Below, in pieces: positions 61,431 through 64,000 of a stretch of DNA of 64,000 nt. The stretch lies in IMG/VR virus record IMGVR_UViG_3300020182_000024; one strand, 5' to 3'. The notes beneath the pieces were generated by a model. The model made no database searches and was not told the DNA's origin. It was given only the letters and a program-made list of their open reading frames with translations. Position numbers and translations under genes: made by a program. The stretch is from an uncultured virus (IMG/VR IMGVR_UViG_3300020182_000024) (Duplodnaviria; Heunggongvirae; Uroviricota; Caudoviricetes). Positions within the stretch are counted from its first letter, which is position 1. Each line of letters starts with the position of its first letter.

Positions 61431-62021
61431 TTATGGGGTGGGGCATGTAACACTAATATCTATCTGTAAAGCGTTATCCTCTTCATCTGGATCTTCATCA
61501 ACTTCACCAGTTAAAACTATTGTTTCTATAATTCCTGTTTCTATATCTGTCACTACATCTGCAATACCTACAGATAGATTAAAAGATGCCACTTCTAGGT
61601 AATCTGTTGCTAACTTCTGAGGGAGCGAATTAACATTGAATACATCTTTTAATCCTGCACCTGTATTAGTAGTTATAGCATCTAGTACACGACCTATTCT
61701 GAATCTACCTTTAAGATCTTGAGCTATAGATAATGAGTTATCTCCATATACTGTATATTGCAAAAGTAAGTTAAAATAGGATGCAAAGAATGGATTATCA
61801 TTCTCATCTACACCTGTATTATTTAACCAACTGCCTGAGTCATCTATAGTAAGAATATCTACAGTGATGTAAGGTGTCTCAGGGATTAAATCTTTAGGTC
61901 TTTCTGTGATAACTGTGGGAACATTTTGACCTGATTTTCTATATGTACTTAAATGTTCTCCAACTTCCTCGCTTGCTATTCTTTTAAATTCTGTTAGAAT
62001 AGCTTTAGTATTTATTGCCAT
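61431..62021 (-). CDS. tail terminator / neck protein
   Basis: Synteny; PYIT motif. Confidence 0.7.
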   Translation of the reverse strand: MAINTKAILTEFKRIASEEVGEHLSTYRKSGQNVPTVITERPKDLIPETPYITVDILTIDDSGSWLNNTGVDENDNPFFASYFNLLLQYTVYGDNSLSIAQDLKGRFRIGRVLDAITTNTGAGLKDVFNVNSLPQKLATDYLEVASFNLSVGIADVVTDIETGIIETIVLTGEVDEDPDEEDNALQIDISVTCPTP

Positions 62022-62401
62022 TAGTTAGACCTCTGAGATGATCGTTTATCCTCTCTCACAAATAATGTTTTATAGTGATCAGCTCTAGACCCATGTCTTG
62101 CCCAATTAGCTACTTTAAATGCAATATAACTATTACCATCTATGGTTGTTTTATCTGCCTTGAGATTATTAAAAGGATCAGCTTCTTTAATAGGTGTCTT
62201 ACCCAGCACGACTTGTACATCATTAGATGTAATACCATCTGGGAAGATAATCTGTTCAGATCCTTGTCTATAAGGTTGAATACTATATAATCCATCACCT
62301 ATAATTTCAGGAGGGAAATCTTCAAACTCATCATTATCATTAAACTCCCCTCCTGTATGACGTTCAATGGTTAAAGGTGTTACAAATATTCTTGAACGCA
62401 T
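62021..62401 (-). CDS. head closure / head-tail joining protein
   Basis: SIQP..P.G..AD..IDG..Y..W..HYK. Confidence 0.7.
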   Translation of the reverse strand: MRSRIFVTPLTIERHTGGEFNDNDEFEDFPPEIIGDGLYSIQPYRQGSEQIIFPDGITSNDVQVVLGKTPIKEADPFNNLKADKTTIDGNSYIAFKVANWARHGSRADHYKTLFVREDKRSSQRSN

Positions 62402-62896
62402 CTATCCACCTACCTCGTTTACTTTATTATTATAAGAAGTCTTGTAAGCTGATTTAGATTTAAGTTCACCAGTATCTAATAGTGGAGTTGTGTTATCTCC
62501 AACGATAGGCATAAACAATCCAGCTTTACCAAATAGTTCAGAATACTCTTCCCTGAGAACAAGCCCTATCTCCATTAGGAAGGTTTCACTTGCTGAACCC
62601 TGTAGTAAATTCTTAGAGAACTTCTTAAACACTTTCTGAATCTTAGGGTTCTTTAAAAACTTCTTATTTTGTAATTGAGTGAAAGCGAATGCAGCTAGTG
62701 GGTTTTTGATGACACCACTATTTGTTAATCCTACAGACCACAACTTTAACAACTCTGTATGTGTTAAGTCTGAGCCTGTGTGAATACCGCTATCTTCAAA
62801 ATGACCCACTTGTACATTATTCTTAGAAAGACTATTAAGATTTTTTAGTATTTTTTCTAAGTTTCCCTTTTTCTTTACTATCTTCGCTGTTATCAC
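62402..62896 (-). CDS. tail completion / neck protein
   Basis: VQVG.F..PLLDTGEL. Confidence 0.75.
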   Translation of the reverse strand: MITAKIVKKKGNLEKILKNLNSLSKNNVQVGHFEDSGIHTGSDLTHTELLKLWSVGLTNSGVIKNPLAAFAFTQLQNKKFLKNPKIQKVFKKFSKNLLQGSASETFLMEIGLVLREEYSELFGKAGLFMPIVGDNTTPLLDTGELKSKSAYKTSYNNKVNEVGG

Positions 62897-62975
62897 TTAC
62901 ATCTCCTTTTTCAACAAAGACTTCCTTATCTTCTAAGATGTTTCCATCCTTATCCTTAACTGTTCTTTTTATCAT
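62835..62975 (-). CDS. small charged protein (46 aa, not in track)
   Basis: MIKRTVKDKDGNILEDKE...KKS; ATGA overlap with the upstream stop. Confidence 0.5.
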   Translation of the reverse strand: MIKRTVKDKDGNILEDKEVFVEKGDVSDNSEDSKEKGKLRKNTKKS

Positions 62976-63415
62976 AAAATTAACCTATCTGAGTTAGAAG
63001 TGATTGTGGATTTATAACAGGATATTGTATCTTCCTGATTATGGAAATATATTCTAGTGTTACTCTTCATCTTGTAACCACCTTTAGGAAGGTAGGGGCA
63101 AAGATTAGGTAAATCATCTATAAACTCTCTCCATATATTCTTATTATCTGTAGAGAAATAATATTCAACACCATCAACCCTCTCTCTTGTGATGTTATCC
63201 CCATCTACAATATATAAAGAGTTATTCCTTATAGCTGCAACCTTTAATGACTTACATAATGCTTCAGAGTAATACTGCTCATCATCTTCTAGAATGTTAT
63301 TACTAATAACATTCTCTGCTAGTGTTTTTAATTGACTCTCTTTTAATACATTAACATCTGGAGGTAGATATTCCACCAAGTCAGAAACTAACTCATCTAT
63401 ATTTATAATGGGCAT
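62972..63415 (-). CDS. head-tail adaptor
   Basis: Follows the capsid gene; RERVDGVE.Y. Confidence 0.65.
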   Translation of the reverse strand: MPIINIDELVSDLVEYLPPDVNVLKESQLKTLAENVISNNILEDDEQYYSEALCKSLKVAAIRNNSLYIVDGDNITRERVDGVEYYFSTDNKNIWREFIDDLPNLCPYLPKGGYKMKSNTRIYFHNQEDTISCYKSTITSNSDRLIL

Positions 63416-63475
63416 TTACCCCTCCTTGCAAATAATATATTATTAATAACTCTACATAAGAACTATTAATAATAT

Positions 63476-63495
63476 AGCCTCCAAAAAGGAGGCTA
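63476..63495 (-). terminator. terminator after the major capsid gene
   Basis: TAGCCTCC-AAAAA-GGAGGCTA. Confidence 0.7.
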
Positions 63496-63510
63496 AGGCT
63501 TCTCTAACTA

Positions 63511-64000
63511 TTAATCAGAAGAAGTGAAGTGCTGGATAAGCTCTGGGTACTTATTCATGTAAAGAACGTTTTGCTCTTCATACAAAGTAACACCTTCGCG
63601 GTCATGCTCTTTCATAAAGCCATACTTAGGCATTGCTACCATATCGTAGTAATCTTTATGTAAAATGGTAGAGTAGATACGTGCAAACATGTTAGTTGCG
63701 CCTACAGGAATCATAATACCATTATCTGTTGGAAGGAAAGGAGTTCCAGTTACACTATCTGGGACACGTACATAAGTAACACCAGTTAATGCAGATGTGA
63801 AGTGTCTACGCATAAATGATAAACTTTGCCCTTCGAAGTTAGAACGTGATACACCATAAGCTGTTAGATCTAATGGAGTTGCAGGGTTAAGTGCAAATAC
63901 ACCAGCAGCTACAGTTTGTTCTAAATCAAATAATTTATCGAACAATGTACCACCACATACCATGAAGACTGCTTGATATGAAATACCAGCTTTAGAAGCA
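63511..64000 (-). CDS. major capsid protein, C-terminal part (gene runs off the window)
   Basis: Open frame to the edge; ..E.N.L.M...PEL end typical of gpE-like capsids; upstream of neck genes. Confidence 0.8.
   Translation of the reverse strand, partial: ASKAGISYQAVFMVCGGTLFDKLFDLEQTVAAGVFALNPATPLDLTAYGVSRSNFEGQSLSFMRRHFTSALTGVTYVRVPDSVTGTPFLPTDNGIMIPVGATNMFARIYSTILHKDYYDMVAMPKYGFMKEHDREGVTLYEEQNVLYMNKYPELIQHFTSSD

Noticed and set aside
1..64000. Integrase/IntI, reverse transcriptase (DGR/retron) or transposase that could drive the repeats
   Set aside because: No R-H-x-x-R-Y, YxDD RT or DDE signature recognised in any ORF; the enzyme must be outside the window or host-encoded.

Overview
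A 64-kb, AT-rich segment of a large tailed phage with a contractile tail (myovirus-type), probably infecting a Gammaproteobacterium, judging from host-type sigma70 promoters, IHF sites and DnaA boxes. Layout: 1-9.6 kb (+) accessory genes, an HD hydrolase, nrdB/nrdA and an M15 endolysin; 9.6-25.5 kb (mostly -) small early-type genes around an AT-rich, motif-dense non-coding zone; 25.6-46.1 kb (+) replication and nucleotide metabolism (intein-containing Pif1/RecD-like helicase, primase-helicase, intein-containing family A polymerase, exonuclease, MazG-like protein, HNH nuclease, phosphoesterase, dNMP kinase, nucleotidase); 46.2-64 kb (-) late genes from the end of the major capsid gene through tail, baseplate, fibre and holin. 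The main discovery candidate is an integron-like gene-cassette system at three loci (about 374-1317, 7273-7976 and 21173-21923). Small genes are bounded by exactly complementary GTT.../...AAC cores and separated by attC-like hairpins whose extrahelical bases and GCGAAGC loops show the opposite polarity, relative to the genes, to canonical integrons. Two of the arrays end in the same ~115-bp attI-like site containing an IHF box. No integrase is visible in the window. Also notable: eight dispersed ~108-bp elements resembling strong DNA-gyrase sites, a four-box DnaA cluster, and a small peptide / membrane protein / receiver-domain cassette beside the holin. All product calls are motif recognition by eye, not database searches.
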